Positions 47,437 to 56,709 of a DNA stretch of 64,000 nt are shown here, in pieces. Under the pieces are notes generated by a model. That model did not search any database. It was not told the origin of the DNA and saw only the letters and a program-made list of their open reading frames with translations. The stretch is from Planctomycetota bacterium (GTDB lineage: Bacteria > Planctomycetota > SZUA-567 > H5-PLA8). The position numbers were made by a program, and so were the translations under genes. The stretch spans positions 9,216 to 73,215 of the forward strand of contig BTVV01000006.1 of the NCBI GenBank assembly GCA_045863855.1, read 5' to 3'. Numbering within the stretch: position 1 is the stretch's first letter; every line of letters starts with the position of its first letter.

Positions 47437-47833
47437 AGCGCCTCGCAAGCAGGTGTACGCGGCGTGGACGCAGCCCGAGCACCTGCTGCGGTGGTGGGGT
47501 GCGGGCCCTGAATACGAACCGGTAATCGCCGAACTGGAGTTGAAGCCTGGAGGCGCGTATCGCTTCGGTATGCGGCATAAAACGAAAGGCGTTCGGCATA
47601 TTGCCACGGGCATCTTTAAAGAGATCGTGCCCGACACCAAGCTCGTCTTGACCTGGACCTGGGAGGGCAAGGCTCAGATCGACACGCAGGTCACCATCGA
47701 ATTCCAAGACGCGCCCGGCGGCACGTTGCTGACGCTGACCCACACCGGTTTCCCGGCCGAACCGATGCGCGACGATCACGGCCAAGGCTGGAGCGGCGCT
47801 ATGGAGAACCTGGCGCGCGCTTGCGAACGCTGA
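47384..47833 (+). CDS. SRPBCC-superfamily protein (AHSA1/activator of Hsp90 ATPase homolog-like)
   Basis: It has the typical size and a W-rich pattern (LLRWWGAG...LTWTWEG...), and is adjacent to ArsR as usual. Confidence 0.7.
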   Translation: MELLKPDRQTLILRRTIKAPRKQVYAAWTQPEHLLRWWGAGPEYEPVIAELELKPGGAYRFGMRHKTKGVRHIATGIFKEIVPDTKLVLTWTWEGKAQIDTQVTIEFQDAPGGTLLTLTHTGFPAEPMRDDHGQGWSGAMENLARACER

Positions 47834-47864
47834 AACTCGAACGTTACGCGAAAGGACGATACGC

Positions 47865-48368
47865 ATGAGCTTGATCGAACAGTACTTTCAGCAAACGGGC
47901 ATGCTCCGAGGCTTCCAGACCAAGCTTCTGGACGGATTGGACGATGCTCAGGGCTACTGGCAGCCCAGTCCGAACATTCCACCCATCGCTTGGCACTTGG
48001 GGCACATGATTTACGTCGAGGCTTCGGTCTTCCTGGGCCTCGTGAAGGGCGCGGCCGATCCGGAGATCGGGAGCTACCAGAAGCATTACCGGATGGGGAC
48101 TGTGCTGCCGGAACCGATCGCGGCGCTCCCCAAACTCTCCGAGGTCCGCAAACTGGGAGAAGCGTGGCGTCCGCGGGTGGCAGAGTTTCTGAAGACCCTG
48201 AATCCGCACGAACTCGAACGGCCGCTGAACGTTCCGGCCGGCATCGAGGTGCCCGCGTTTCTGAAAACAACGGGCGATTGCCTCCGCGCCTTGGCCGTTC
48301 ACGAAGGACATCACAACGGCGAGATCAGCCTGTTGCGGCGTCTGCAGGGCTTGCAAGGATTCATTTGA
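47865..48368 (+). CDS. DinB/YfiT-like (DinB_2) metal-dependent protein
   Basis: Conserved His pattern (AWHLGHM ... HEGHHNGEI). Confidence 0.65.
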   Translation: MSLIEQYFQQTGMLRGFQTKLLDGLDDAQGYWQPSPNIPPIAWHLGHMIYVEASVFLGLVKGAADPEIGSYQKHYRMGTVLPEPIAALPKLSEVRKLGEAWRPRVAEFLKTLNPHELERPLNVPAGIEVPAFLKTTGDCLRALAVHEGHHNGEISLLRRLQGLQGFI

Positions 48369-48405
48369 AACGCGGCGATTGCAGCATGAATTAAGGATTT
48401 CAGCC

Positions 48406-48861
48406 ATGGTGAAGCGGGCAGACTCTTCCTTGATCCTGAACCTCTCGCGGGTATTGGATGCTTCGCGCGAACGGGTCTGGTACGCGTGGACCGATCCGCT
48501 CAGGCTCAAGGAATGGTTCGCACCCAGCGCGGGGATGGGTACTTGCCTGGCCGAAGTGGACTTCCGGCCTGGCGGCGCGTGGCGCATCGGGATGGGACAG
48601 GCGCGGGATCCCATCTTGATTGCGGGCCGCTACCTCGAGATCGTTCCTCCGGAAAAGCTCGTCTTCACCTGGAACTGGCCTCCGGGCATGTTCGAATCCC
48701 TGCGCGAGACTCAGGTTACGATCTTGCTTAAGGATCTGGGCAGCGGAAAGACCGAACTGACCCTGCGCCACGAAGGCTTTAATACCGCGCAGGAGCGCGA
48801 CGACCACGCCTGGGGATGGAACGGCTGCCTGGGGCAATTGGCCGAACGGCTGGCGCGCTGA
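48406..48861 (+). CDS. SRPBCC-superfamily protein (AHSA1-like), second paralog
   Basis: ATG 48406 follows AAGGA. It is similar to 47384..47833 (WYAWTDPLRLKEWF...FTWNWP...). Confidence 0.7.
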   Translation: MVKRADSSLILNLSRVLDASRERVWYAWTDPLRLKEWFAPSAGMGTCLAEVDFRPGGAWRIGMGQARDPILIAGRYLEIVPPEKLVFTWNWPPGMFESLRETQVTILLKDLGSGKTELTLRHEGFNTAQERDDHAWGWNGCLGQLAERLAR

Positions 48862-49179
48862 TTAATTGCTGGTCAGGAAATAGGCTGCGATTGCGGCGGC
48901 CAGCACCGTTACGGCGATGATTGCCGGGCGCAGCCATTCCATGCGCGCCTGTTCCTTAAGTTGCGGTAGCGCCACCGATTTGCGGGAAGTGGACGTTTCC
49001 GGCGACGCGGCAGCTTTGGCGCGCTCTTTATATTTGGTATAGCAGACCTTACAGACCGGCTTTTCGAACGCCGCGCTTTGGTAGGCTTCGCCTAACAATT
49101 CGATGCGGCAACTTGCGCAGCGTGCACCCATTTCGTGCACCGGCCGCAAATCAATCATCGACGAACTATCACCTGCCAT
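48862..49179 (-). CDS. Small zinc-ribbon protein with a C-terminal TM anchor
   Basis: CASCRIE...CKVCYTKY (CxxC...CxxC) plus C-terminal LRPAIIAVTVLAAAIAAYFL. The start is chosen at MAGDSSS; the track ORF extends to 49416. Confidence 0.4.
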   Translation of the reverse strand: MAGDSSSMIDLRPVHEMGARCASCRIELLGEAYQSAAFEKPVCKVCYTKYKERAKAAASPETSTSRKSVALPQLKEQARMEWLRPAIIAVTVLAAAIAAYFLTSN

Positions 49180-49473
49180 GAAGCACGCTCCCGTTGAAAC
49201 CGCCAAGGCAAAGGCGAGTCTAGCTGAGCAACCATGTGGGGCCAGCCCAATCCCTCGAAAAAAGGTCCAAGAAAACGCTCCTTTCGACTTGGTCTCTTCT
49301 TGTATCGACTTACTCAGACTGCACTTGTGACCGGCGCAGGCGACTCGATGCGGTCCATCGCCGGGTACGACCTGTCCAATCGCGCTTGCCCCTCGGCGCG
49401 GCGCGAGTATGGTCACGCGCTTCCGGCGCAGCCCTTCGGCGCGCTAACCACCAAGTCCTCAAGGAGACGTAAC

Positions 49474-49890
49474 ATGCGCAAGCATTGGATGGCCGGCGCG
49501 CTGGTGCTGGCTCTGACGTTCGTAACGAGCCACGTTCGGGCGGCAGAAGGCGATGAGAGGCTAAAGCTGCTCGAACCCACCGTTGACAAGATGCTCAAGG
49601 CCTACAACGACGGCGACCACAAGACCTTCAACGGGGAGTACGCCAAGATGATGGCGGCCGTGGCCACCGAGCAGATGTTCACGAACATGTTCATCAACAT
49701 GTACAAGAAAGAGTACGGGAACTACGTCTCGAAGGAGTTGATCAAGAACGAGACGGTACTGACGGGCGATATGCCGCTGCTGGTCTTTCAGGCCAAGTTC
49801 GAGAAGAACGAGAAGATCAAAGTAAGCGTGAACTTCACCAAGGACGGCGACGCCCTGAAGGTGATGCAGATGCGCTTCGACAAGATGTAA
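49474..49890 (+). CDS. Small secreted hypothetical protein (138 aa)
   Basis: Signal peptide MRKHWMAGALVLALTFVTSHVRA. The segment is K/N-rich and lower in GC than its surroundings. Confidence 0.55.
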   Translation: MRKHWMAGALVLALTFVTSHVRAAEGDERLKLLEPTVDKMLKAYNDGDHKTFNGEYAKMMAAVATEQMFTNMFINMYKKEYGNYVSKELIKNETVLTGDMPLLVFQAKFEKNEKIKVSVNFTKDGDALKVMQMRFDKM

Positions 49891-51069
49891 TCAAGTACTC
49901 TTGCGGGGAGCGCGGCGTCTGGAACGCGCGGGCTCCTTCGCGGGCGGTGCTTCGGCGGCCGGCGCCTCGGCAGGGGTTCCGGCCGCTTCCTTTTGCGCTC
50001 TGCGCCGTGCGCCGCCCCGGCGCCCCCGGCGCCTGCGTGGGCGTTCGGCCGCCGCGGCGCTCGCGGCGGCAGGATCTTCTTCCGAAATCCGCTGGCGCGC
50101 TTCCAGAGCCTGCGCTTCGGCTTCCGACAGGCGCGGGCCTTCGTCGTCCGCGTCGTCGTCGAGTACGGCCTCCGTCTCCGGCTGCGGCGGCGGATCGATG
50201 CGATCGGCAACGGGAGCGGCCCGAGGTGGCGAAGCGGCGGGAGAAGCCGCGGGCGCCGAACGGCCCGAGGTGCGCGCGCCGTTCTCTAATTCGGGGCCGA
50301 AACGCGTGACGATGTAGGTCCGGTTGCTTTCGTCGCGGCGCAGTTCCACCAGCCCGCGCGCCTGCGCGTCTTCCAGTAGCTTACTGAAGGTCTTGTAGCC
50401 GTAATAGCCCTCGTTGAACGCCGGGCGCTTGCGCTGCATGGTCTCCTTCACCATGCTCGACCAGAGCGTGTCCCGATTTTCGCGGCGCAGCGCCTCGCAC
50501 GACTCGACCAGCAACTCGAAGAGTTTGCGGCGCTTCTCGTCCAGGCTCTCGGCCACCGGCTTAGGCACCACCGGCGCGATCACCGGCGCGGTCAGGTCTT
50601 CGTAGTAGATAAATTCGTCGCAGTTGTCACGGAGCAGTTCGCTGGTGCTGGCCTGCATGCCCAACCCGATCACATGCTTCCCATTCTCTTTCAGCTTGCT
50701 GACCAGCGGAGAGAAATCGCTGTCGCCGCTGACGATCACGATCGTATCGATGTGCTCTTTGCTGTAGCCCAGGTCCATGGCGTCCACGACCAGCCGGATA
50801 TCCGCGCTGTTTTTGCCCGTGATGTGCCGGCGCGGAATCTCGATCAATTCCACCGCGGCTTCGTGGAGGTCGGTCGTGTAATTCTGGAAGCGCTTCCAAT
50901 CGGCGTACGCGCGCTTGACTACGATATTGCCCTTCTCGACCAGCCGGCGCAAAACGCGCGCGATGTCGAAGCGCATGTTCGGGCCGCGGAAGCCCAGCGC
51001 CAGGTTTTCGAAGTCGATGAAGACGGCCAACAGGCGGCGGCGTTCGGTGGGGATTGGCTGCGCATTCAT
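49891..51069 (-). CDS. NYN-domain (LabA-like PIN ribonuclease) protein with OST-HTH/LOTUS domain and Arg-rich C-terminal tail
   Basis: LLAVFIDFENL...VVDAMDLGY...IVIVSGDSDFSPLV (NYN acidic residues), then a LOTUS-like helix-turn-helix, then an RRRRGRRGGARRR tail. Confidence 0.7.
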   Translation of the reverse strand: MNAQPIPTERRRLLAVFIDFENLALGFRGPNMRFDIARVLRRLVEKGNIVVKRAYADWKRFQNYTTDLHEAAVELIEIPRRHITGKNSADIRLVVDAMDLGYSKEHIDTIVIVSGDSDFSPLVSKLKENGKHVIGLGMQASTSELLRDNCDEFIYYEDLTAPVIAPVVPKPVAESLDEKRRKLFELLVESCEALRRENRDTLWSSMVKETMQRKRPAFNEGYYGYKTFSKLLEDAQARGLVELRRDESNRTYIVTRFGPELENGARTSGRSAPAASPAASPPRAAPVADRIDPPPQPETEAVLDDDADDEGPRLSEAEAQALEARQRISEEDPAAASAAAAERPRRRRGRRGGARRRAQKEAAGTPAEAPAAEAPPAKEPARSRRRAPRKST

Positions 51070-51252
51070 GATTGGAAGTCCTCGGGTACGGCGAACGGGC
51101 GTTACGCTACTCGGGTTCGGGTGTTTTCCGCAAGGCGGTCAGAGTGGGAACCGCAAATCGAGGCCCCGGAATCCCGCTATCGAGTTAATATTGCGCCGCA
51201 TGGGGCCGGGTGCGAATCTGTTACCGTAATCGCTTCTTCCGGAGGGGTTTCC

Positions 51253-51768
51253 ATGATCCGCATACTGCAAGGCGACCTCACTGCGCAAGCGCTGGACGCG
51301 ATCGTCAACGCCGCGAACACCGAATTAAAGCTCGGCTCCGGAGTGGCCGGGGCGATTCGCAAGCACGGCGGGCCTACGATCCAGCAGGAATGCGATGCGC
51401 ACGGTCCGGTCGAACTGGGCGGCGCGGCGCTGACGGGGGCCGGCGACCTGCCCGCGAAGCATGTGATCCACGCCGCCGGAATGCATCTGGGCGGGTCGGT
51501 CACGACTCGATCCCTGACCGATGCCACCCGCAACAGCCTCGACTTGGCCGAACGGCACCAACTCGTCAGTCTGGCCTTTCCCGCCATTGGGACCGGCGTG
51601 GGCGGCTACGCACTCGCCGATTGCGCCCGCGTCATGCTTACGCTGGCCGACGAACACCTGCGCCGCCCCGGCGTGAGCTTGAAGGAAGTGCGGTTTGTGC
51701 TTTTCGACGCGCCAGCTTGCGAGGCCTTCCGGCAAGCGGCGCGGGACCTGGGCATCGAGACGGCATAG
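51253..51768 (+). CDS. Macro-domain protein (O-acetyl-ADP-ribose deacetylase, YmdB-like)
   Basis: IVNAANTELKLGSGVAGAI...GGAALTGAGDLPAKHVIHAAGMH...LAFPAIGTGVGG. ATG 51253 follows GGAGGGG. The track ORF 50674.. is an over-extension. Confidence 0.85.
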   Translation: MIRILQGDLTAQALDAIVNAANTELKLGSGVAGAIRKHGGPTIQQECDAHGPVELGGAALTGAGDLPAKHVIHAAGMHLGGSVTTRSLTDATRNSLDLAERHQLVSLAFPAIGTGVGGYALADCARVMLTLADEHLRRPGVSLKEVRFVLFDAPACEAFRQAARDLGIETA

Positions 51769-51912
51769 GAACCTCGAGTCGTTCACAGGAATTCAGGCGG
51801 CGGCGTCGCGCCTGCTTTCTGACCTCTCGCATTTCGGCGCTCCATTAGAATCCGAAGCCATGAACCACCCGCCGCGACGCTGCGTTGATTGGGGTACAGG
51901 AGCGGGCCGGCG

Positions 51913-53748
51913 ATGAGCTTCGCGCACCCTTGGGCGCTTGTCTTGTTTCCCGCAGGCGTGGCGATCTTGCTGCTCCTACAGCTTTACCGCGAACGCCGCC
52001 GCGAACTCTACGCGGGCAGCTTGCTGCTCTGGAAACGCGTAGCCGTTCAAGTCAGCGCTCCGCCGCGTACGCTGAACCTTCTCGATCCTCCTTTTCTGCT
52101 CCAGGCCGCCGCACTGTTGGGTATCGCCTTTGCGCTGGCCGGTCCGGCGTGGCGTGGTCAGACGGCTCCAGGCCGGTTCGTGGCGATCTTGTTGGATAAC
52201 GGTCCCTCGGCGCGGGCTATGCTTCCTGGCGGCCGGCGCGGTTGGGAACTCGTGGAAGCTTCGGCGCACGAAGCGCTTGATGCGCTGCAATCCGATGATC
52301 GCGTGGCGCTGCTGGTGGCCGCGCCCGTACCGCGCCCGCTTACGCCGAGCGCCGGCGTCTCGCCGGACGAAGCGCGCTCCGTCCTCAAGCAGGTGCTGCC
52401 CGCGCTCACTGGTCCATCGGCGGGCGAAGCGGCTCGTGCGCTCTTGGATGCCGCACGCGCGCTGGGGCCAAACGATGCGCCTCCGGTGGCCTTGGCTTTT
52501 TCGATGCGCGAGGCTCCGGCGGATGCCGGCACAGCCGTGCATTGGACGACGCTCGGTCCAGGCGGGAGGCTCAATAACGCGGCGCTGGTGGCCCTGGGCA
52601 GCGAACAAGTCCCCCAGCCGGCGGCGGATGGGGGCGAGCGGGAAACCGAAGTGCTGGTCCAGGTGCGCAACTTTTCCGCCCATGCGGCAGTCGGCAAGGT
52701 TGCTTGGAGAACGCTCGACCCGCTAGGAGCGTTGCCCGGCTCGCGCGAGGTTCGGTTGCAGGCAAGCGGTCAAGCCGGCGATGCCGTAGGCGTGGCGTTT
52801 CGGGTGCCGGGCGAATCCCTTCCCTTTCTGGAAGTCCGTTGGAAGGACGAGGCCGGTCCCGACGCACTACCCGAAGACGACCGCCTGGTGCTGGCACCTC
52901 GCCCGCAGTCCGCGCCGCGGGTGCGCTTCCATGGCAACGCGCCAGCGGTGGAACTCCTTTTTCGAGCAGGCGCGCAAGCGGACCTGGCTGCACTCACCGA
53001 TCCGAGCCCCGTCGACCTGGAGGTTTACGTCGATCAAGTGCCCGAGCAAGGCGCTCCCGACGGCGCACGAGCGCTTTTGCTGATCGCGCCGCCTGCGGCG
53101 TTCGCGTCCTTCGAGGTAGGCGGCGGAACGCTGAAGTATCCGAGCGTACGTGTGGGGGATGACGATCCGTTGACGCGTGGATTTGCGGCCGGTGGCGGTG
53201 GCTTGGCCTTGCCAGTCGCCGCCGCTCGCGAATTGGAAGCCGTCGCGAATTTGAAGATATTGCTACAGGATGCCACAGGCCGCCCTCTGGCGGCACGTTT
53301 CCGGTTGCCAGGGAACCGTCCCGGTTTCGTGCTCGCCTGGGCGCCGGGTGACGAACTGCAGAAGCAGAGCACGCATCAAGCGGCCGCGACGCTCTTGCTG
53401 CGCATGCTCCGCGAAGCGCACGGGAATCAAGAGCCGTACGCGGCGGCACGCGCGGCGGAGTTGGAACGCGCCGCTGCCGCGCCGCTTCCGTTGGAGGAGC
53501 CGGCCGGGTTAAGCCTCACGGCCGGATTCGGGGTGCTCGATATCGAAACCTCCGATCTCGCGCTGGGTGCGCCTCAAGCCGCCGCGCTCGACTGGGCAGC
53601 ATTGCTTCCCGTCGCAACGCCGCGCGATTTGCCGCTATGGCCGTTGGGGGTGCTCCTCGCGCTATTGGCCTGGGTGGTGGAGTTAAGCTTGGGCCGGAGC
53701 CGCACGCGGGCAGGCGTGGCGATTGGGGCCGTGCCGGCAAATACCTAG
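51913..53748 (+). CDS. BatA_N-domain membrane protein with degenerate vWA-like region (no intact MIDAS) and C-terminal TM
   Basis: N-terminus MSFAHPWALVLFPAGVAILLLLQLYRERRRELYAGSLLLW matches the BatA_N pattern. The sequence ILLDNGPSARAM lies where DxSxS would be. The C-terminus is hydrophobic. Confidence 0.6.
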   Translation: MSFAHPWALVLFPAGVAILLLLQLYRERRRELYAGSLLLWKRVAVQVSAPPRTLNLLDPPFLLQAAALLGIAFALAGPAWRGQTAPGRFVAILLDNGPSARAMLPGGRRGWELVEASAHEALDALQSDDRVALLVAAPVPRPLTPSAGVSPDEARSVLKQVLPALTGPSAGEAARALLDAARALGPNDAPPVALAFSMREAPADAGTAVHWTTLGPGGRLNNAALVALGSEQVPQPAADGGERETEVLVQVRNFSAHAAVGKVAWRTLDPLGALPGSREVRLQASGQAGDAVGVAFRVPGESLPFLEVRWKDEAGPDALPEDDRLVLAPRPQSAPRVRFHGNAPAVELLFRAGAQADLAALTDPSPVDLEVYVDQVPEQGAPDGARALLLIAPPAAFASFEVGGGTLKYPSVRVGDDDPLTRGFAAGGGGLALPVAAARELEAVANLKILLQDATGRPLAARFRLPGNRPGFVLAWAPGDELQKQSTHQAAATLLLRMLREAHGNQEPYAAARAAELERAAAAPLPLEEPAGLSLTAGFGVLDIETSDLALGAPQAAALDWAALLPVATPRDLPLWPLGVLLALLAWVVELSLGRSRTRAGVAIGAVPANT

Positions 53749-53849
53749 CACCATTCGGCGCACGTTCACGACGGTCTTCAAAATCGAGAATAGGGGCGCC
53801 CGCCGTATGGCGATTGCCACCGCGCCCCGCTCTCGGTATAGAAACGTCA

Positions 53850-54325
53850 TGCAACGCTCGATTCGGACGGTTCTTCCTTTGGCGCTTTTGGCGCTCGTGC
53901 TTGCCGGTTGCTTCGGCGGTGGCGAACGCACCGATACCGCTCGCGCGGCAGCCGTGTCCTTCAGCGGCTACGCCTGGGACGGGCAGGCCAGCGGCTATAC
54001 CTTCAAGACGACGACCGATCAGGCCGCGCAGGCCGGCTTGTCGGCGCTGCGTAAGCACGGCTTTATGGTCGAGCCGTACGACGCCAAGCGTTCGGGCGGC
54101 GCTCCGAAGCTGCGTGGGAAGACCAAGGCCAACCTCGACGCCGAGATCAACCTCCAGCTCGTTTCGCCCAGCACCGTGGACTGCAAGGTGAAGATCGGCT
54201 CGCTCGGCGACCGTACGGCGTCCGAGACCGTTCTCGAAAGCATGCGCGTTCAGCTCGAACGCTCGGAGCGTTCCGCGCCGCCTCCCGCGCCGGCCGCGAA
54301 GCCCGCCGAGAAGAAAGCGCCATGA
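53850..54325 (+). CDS. Lipoprotein (lipobox LAGC)
   Basis: MQRSIRTVLPLALLALVLAGCFGG. Its stop overlaps the cysteine synthase start (ATGA). Confidence 0.55.
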
Positions 54326-55287
54326 GCCGCCCGGCGGGATTGCTGGAGCATGCCGGGCAAGCCGTGGGCTGGACACCGCTCGTCGAAATCCAACGCTTGG
54401 GCAAGGGACTTCCCGGCCGGGTCGCGGTGAAGCTGGAGTACTTCTCGCCCGGCGCGAGCATCAAGGATCGCCCGGCGCTCGCCATCGTCGAAGCCGCCGA
54501 ACGCGCCGGGGTGCTGCGCAAAGGCCAACGCATCGTCGAAAAGACGAGCGGAAACATGGGCGCGGGACTCGCCTGGGCCTGTGCGATCAAAGGGTATCGT
54601 TTCACGGCGGTGCTGAGTGTCGGGAATACGCCCGAGCGCAGCCAGATGATCAAGGCCTTCGGCGCCGAAGTCGTTAAGGTTCGCCAGGCTCCCGGCGCCA
54701 AACCGGGGCAGGTCAGCAAAGAAGATTTGGATCTCGTCGAGGCCGAGACGCAAAAGCTGGTCAAGAAATACAAGGCGTTCCGGCCCGACCAGTTCAACAA
54801 CCCCGGATCGGTCAGGGCGCACCGCTTCGGGACGGGTCCGGAAATCTGGGAACAGACCGCAGGGCGCGTCACGCATTTCTGTTCGTTCGCCGGTTCCAGC
54901 GGCACACTGATCGGGACCGCTCAAGCCTTAAAGGAGCGCCACGCCGGCGTGCGCGTGTTCGCCGTCGAACCCGCTCAAGCGCCGTTTCTGGCCGGAAAGC
55001 CCGTGCGGGACACGCGGCATGCGATTCAAGGCGGCGGCTATGCCGTCGAGCCGGGGATTTACGACCGCGGTGTGGTGGACGCTTACCTTACGGTGACCGA
55101 CGTAGAAGCCACGCGCACCGCCCGAGCGCTGGCCGCGAGCGAAGGGATCATGGGTGGGTTTTCAACCGGCGCCAACGTCGCCGCCGCGCTGCAATTGGCC
55201 CGAAAGGCACCGCGCGGGAGCCTGATCGTTACCGTCGCGTGCGACAGCGGCTTGAAGTATCTCTCGACGGATCTATACGAAGCCTGA
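54322..55287 (+). CDS. Cysteine synthase/PLP-dependent beta-replacement enzyme (CysK/CysM/CBS family)
   Basis: KLEYFSPGASIKDRPA (PLP-lysine motif), TSGNMGAGLA, GSSGT. Confidence 0.85.
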   Translation: MSRPAGLLEHAGQAVGWTPLVEIQRLGKGLPGRVAVKLEYFSPGASIKDRPALAIVEAAERAGVLRKGQRIVEKTSGNMGAGLAWACAIKGYRFTAVLSVGNTPERSQMIKAFGAEVVKVRQAPGAKPGQVSKEDLDLVEAETQKLVKKYKAFRPDQFNNPGSVRAHRFGTGPEIWEQTAGRVTHFCSFAGSSGTLIGTAQALKERHAGVRVFAVEPAQAPFLAGKPVRDTRHAIQGGGYAVEPGIYDRGVVDAYLTVTDVEATRTARALAASEGIMGGFSTGANVAAALQLARKAPRGSLIVTVACDSGLKYLSTDLYEA

Positions 55288-55647
55288 AATGGCGTCATCT
55301 CCCCGCGCTGCGGGATCGGCGAGAAAATTCGTGCCGGTTGATTTGCTTATCGAATGCGCTTGAGGTTAGTTGAGTTCCCATACAGGCCGAAGTACCGGCG
55401 CCCCACTTGGCCGCGCCAGACCTGAGGTTATGCGCCATGTTGTTCATCGCGATACACCGCTCCGGCAGTCCAGCCGTTACACGCGGCTGAGCTCCGTGAT
55501 GGTTGCGCCGTCCGCGCAACACCATCTTCCAACCTGACCCGGGCATGCGCGCGTTTGCGCGAACGTGCCCATTCGCCCGACACGCGCCGCCCTTGCGGCT
55601 GCCGCGGATCGAATTCCATTGTCCAGCCTTTTCCTGGATCGTCGCAC

Positions 55648-56601
55648 ATGAAGCACGCGCAGATTGACGAGATTCTTCACACTCTGCCTCGGCCGCGGCA
55701 GGTGTACCACTATTTCAGGGATCGTTACGCGTTGGAACTGCTCGCATGGGCCTGCGGCGAAGGGCGCAAGATCGCGGACCTGAAATGCGCGTCCGAGGCT
55801 CGATTCCTGCAGAAGCCGGCGGTCAAAGCGGTGCTTTCGCGGTGTGGGGGCGGAACGCTTTCGGCTCTCGACCTTCAATCCTGGTGGCCGCCGGATTACC
55901 AGACCTACATGCTTACGTTTGGCCGGCACGGACTCGAGCGCAAACGTAGCCGGCGCGAATGCGAACAGATATCGCGCCGAGGACAGAACCTGGTCCTGAA
56001 GCTGTGTCTGACCCGCGCGCATGACGCATTCTGCAAGAAGCTGCTGGGACCGGAGCGCATGGTACATTACTGGAGTCACTTTTCCGATGAAGGCGGCTTA
56101 CCGGTTCTGGCCTGGACGCGCTTGGACGTGGAACTGGACGACGACGAGGTGCTGATCGAGGAACTGCAGAACGACTGGATCCGCGATGTCGTACGCGAGC
56201 GCCGACACGAAGGGCCGATGACGCCCGAGGTATGGCGCACCGGCGGGAAGTATTCCTGGTGGTTCGGCCTCAATCGGCGTGAACTCGAACGCTATTACGC
56301 GGAGGTGATCGAGCCGCACCTCAAGATTTGGGATGAAGCCTTGTTGCTGGCGACGCTTCTATTCGTGCGCAACGAACTGGGCGTGCGGCGCGTGTATTAT
56401 CACACGCCGTCCTCTAGCAATGTATTGAAGCGATTTTCACGGTATTGGCACCCGCCGCGCAGCCTATACACCGAACTGCCTCGCCGCTTCGGCTTTCGGG
56501 AAACGCTGGCACCGCCGAAGATGGTGGCGCGGGCGGCGGGACGGCGCTTCGACCGAGCTCGGCGGGAGGGCCGGGTGGGCTGGTTCTTCCGGGAACTGTA
56601 A
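55648..56601 (+). CDS. Hypothetical protein (317 aa), Trp/Arg/Cys-rich, no recognisable domain
   Basis: Clean ORF between housekeeping genes and preceded by 360 bp of non-coding DNA. Its composition is protein-like. Confidence 0.5.
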   Translation: MKHAQIDEILHTLPRPRQVYHYFRDRYALELLAWACGEGRKIADLKCASEARFLQKPAVKAVLSRCGGGTLSALDLQSWWPPDYQTYMLTFGRHGLERKRSRRECEQISRRGQNLVLKLCLTRAHDAFCKKLLGPERMVHYWSHFSDEGGLPVLAWTRLDVELDDDEVLIEELQNDWIRDVVRERRHEGPMTPEVWRTGGKYSWWFGLNRRELERYYAEVIEPHLKIWDEALLLATLLFVRNELGVRRVYYHTPSSSNVLKRFSRYWHPPRSLYTELPRRFGFRETLAPPKMVARAAGRRFDRARREGRVGWFFREL

Positions 56602-56709
56602 CCGCTGCCGCACTTGCGCGGCGCTTGACCCTCCGGCATCATTAATAAAGTGGGCCGGGAGGCGACTCCCGGCCCTTTTCACGCCACCCGCGAATCGAGG
56701 CCGCTTGCC

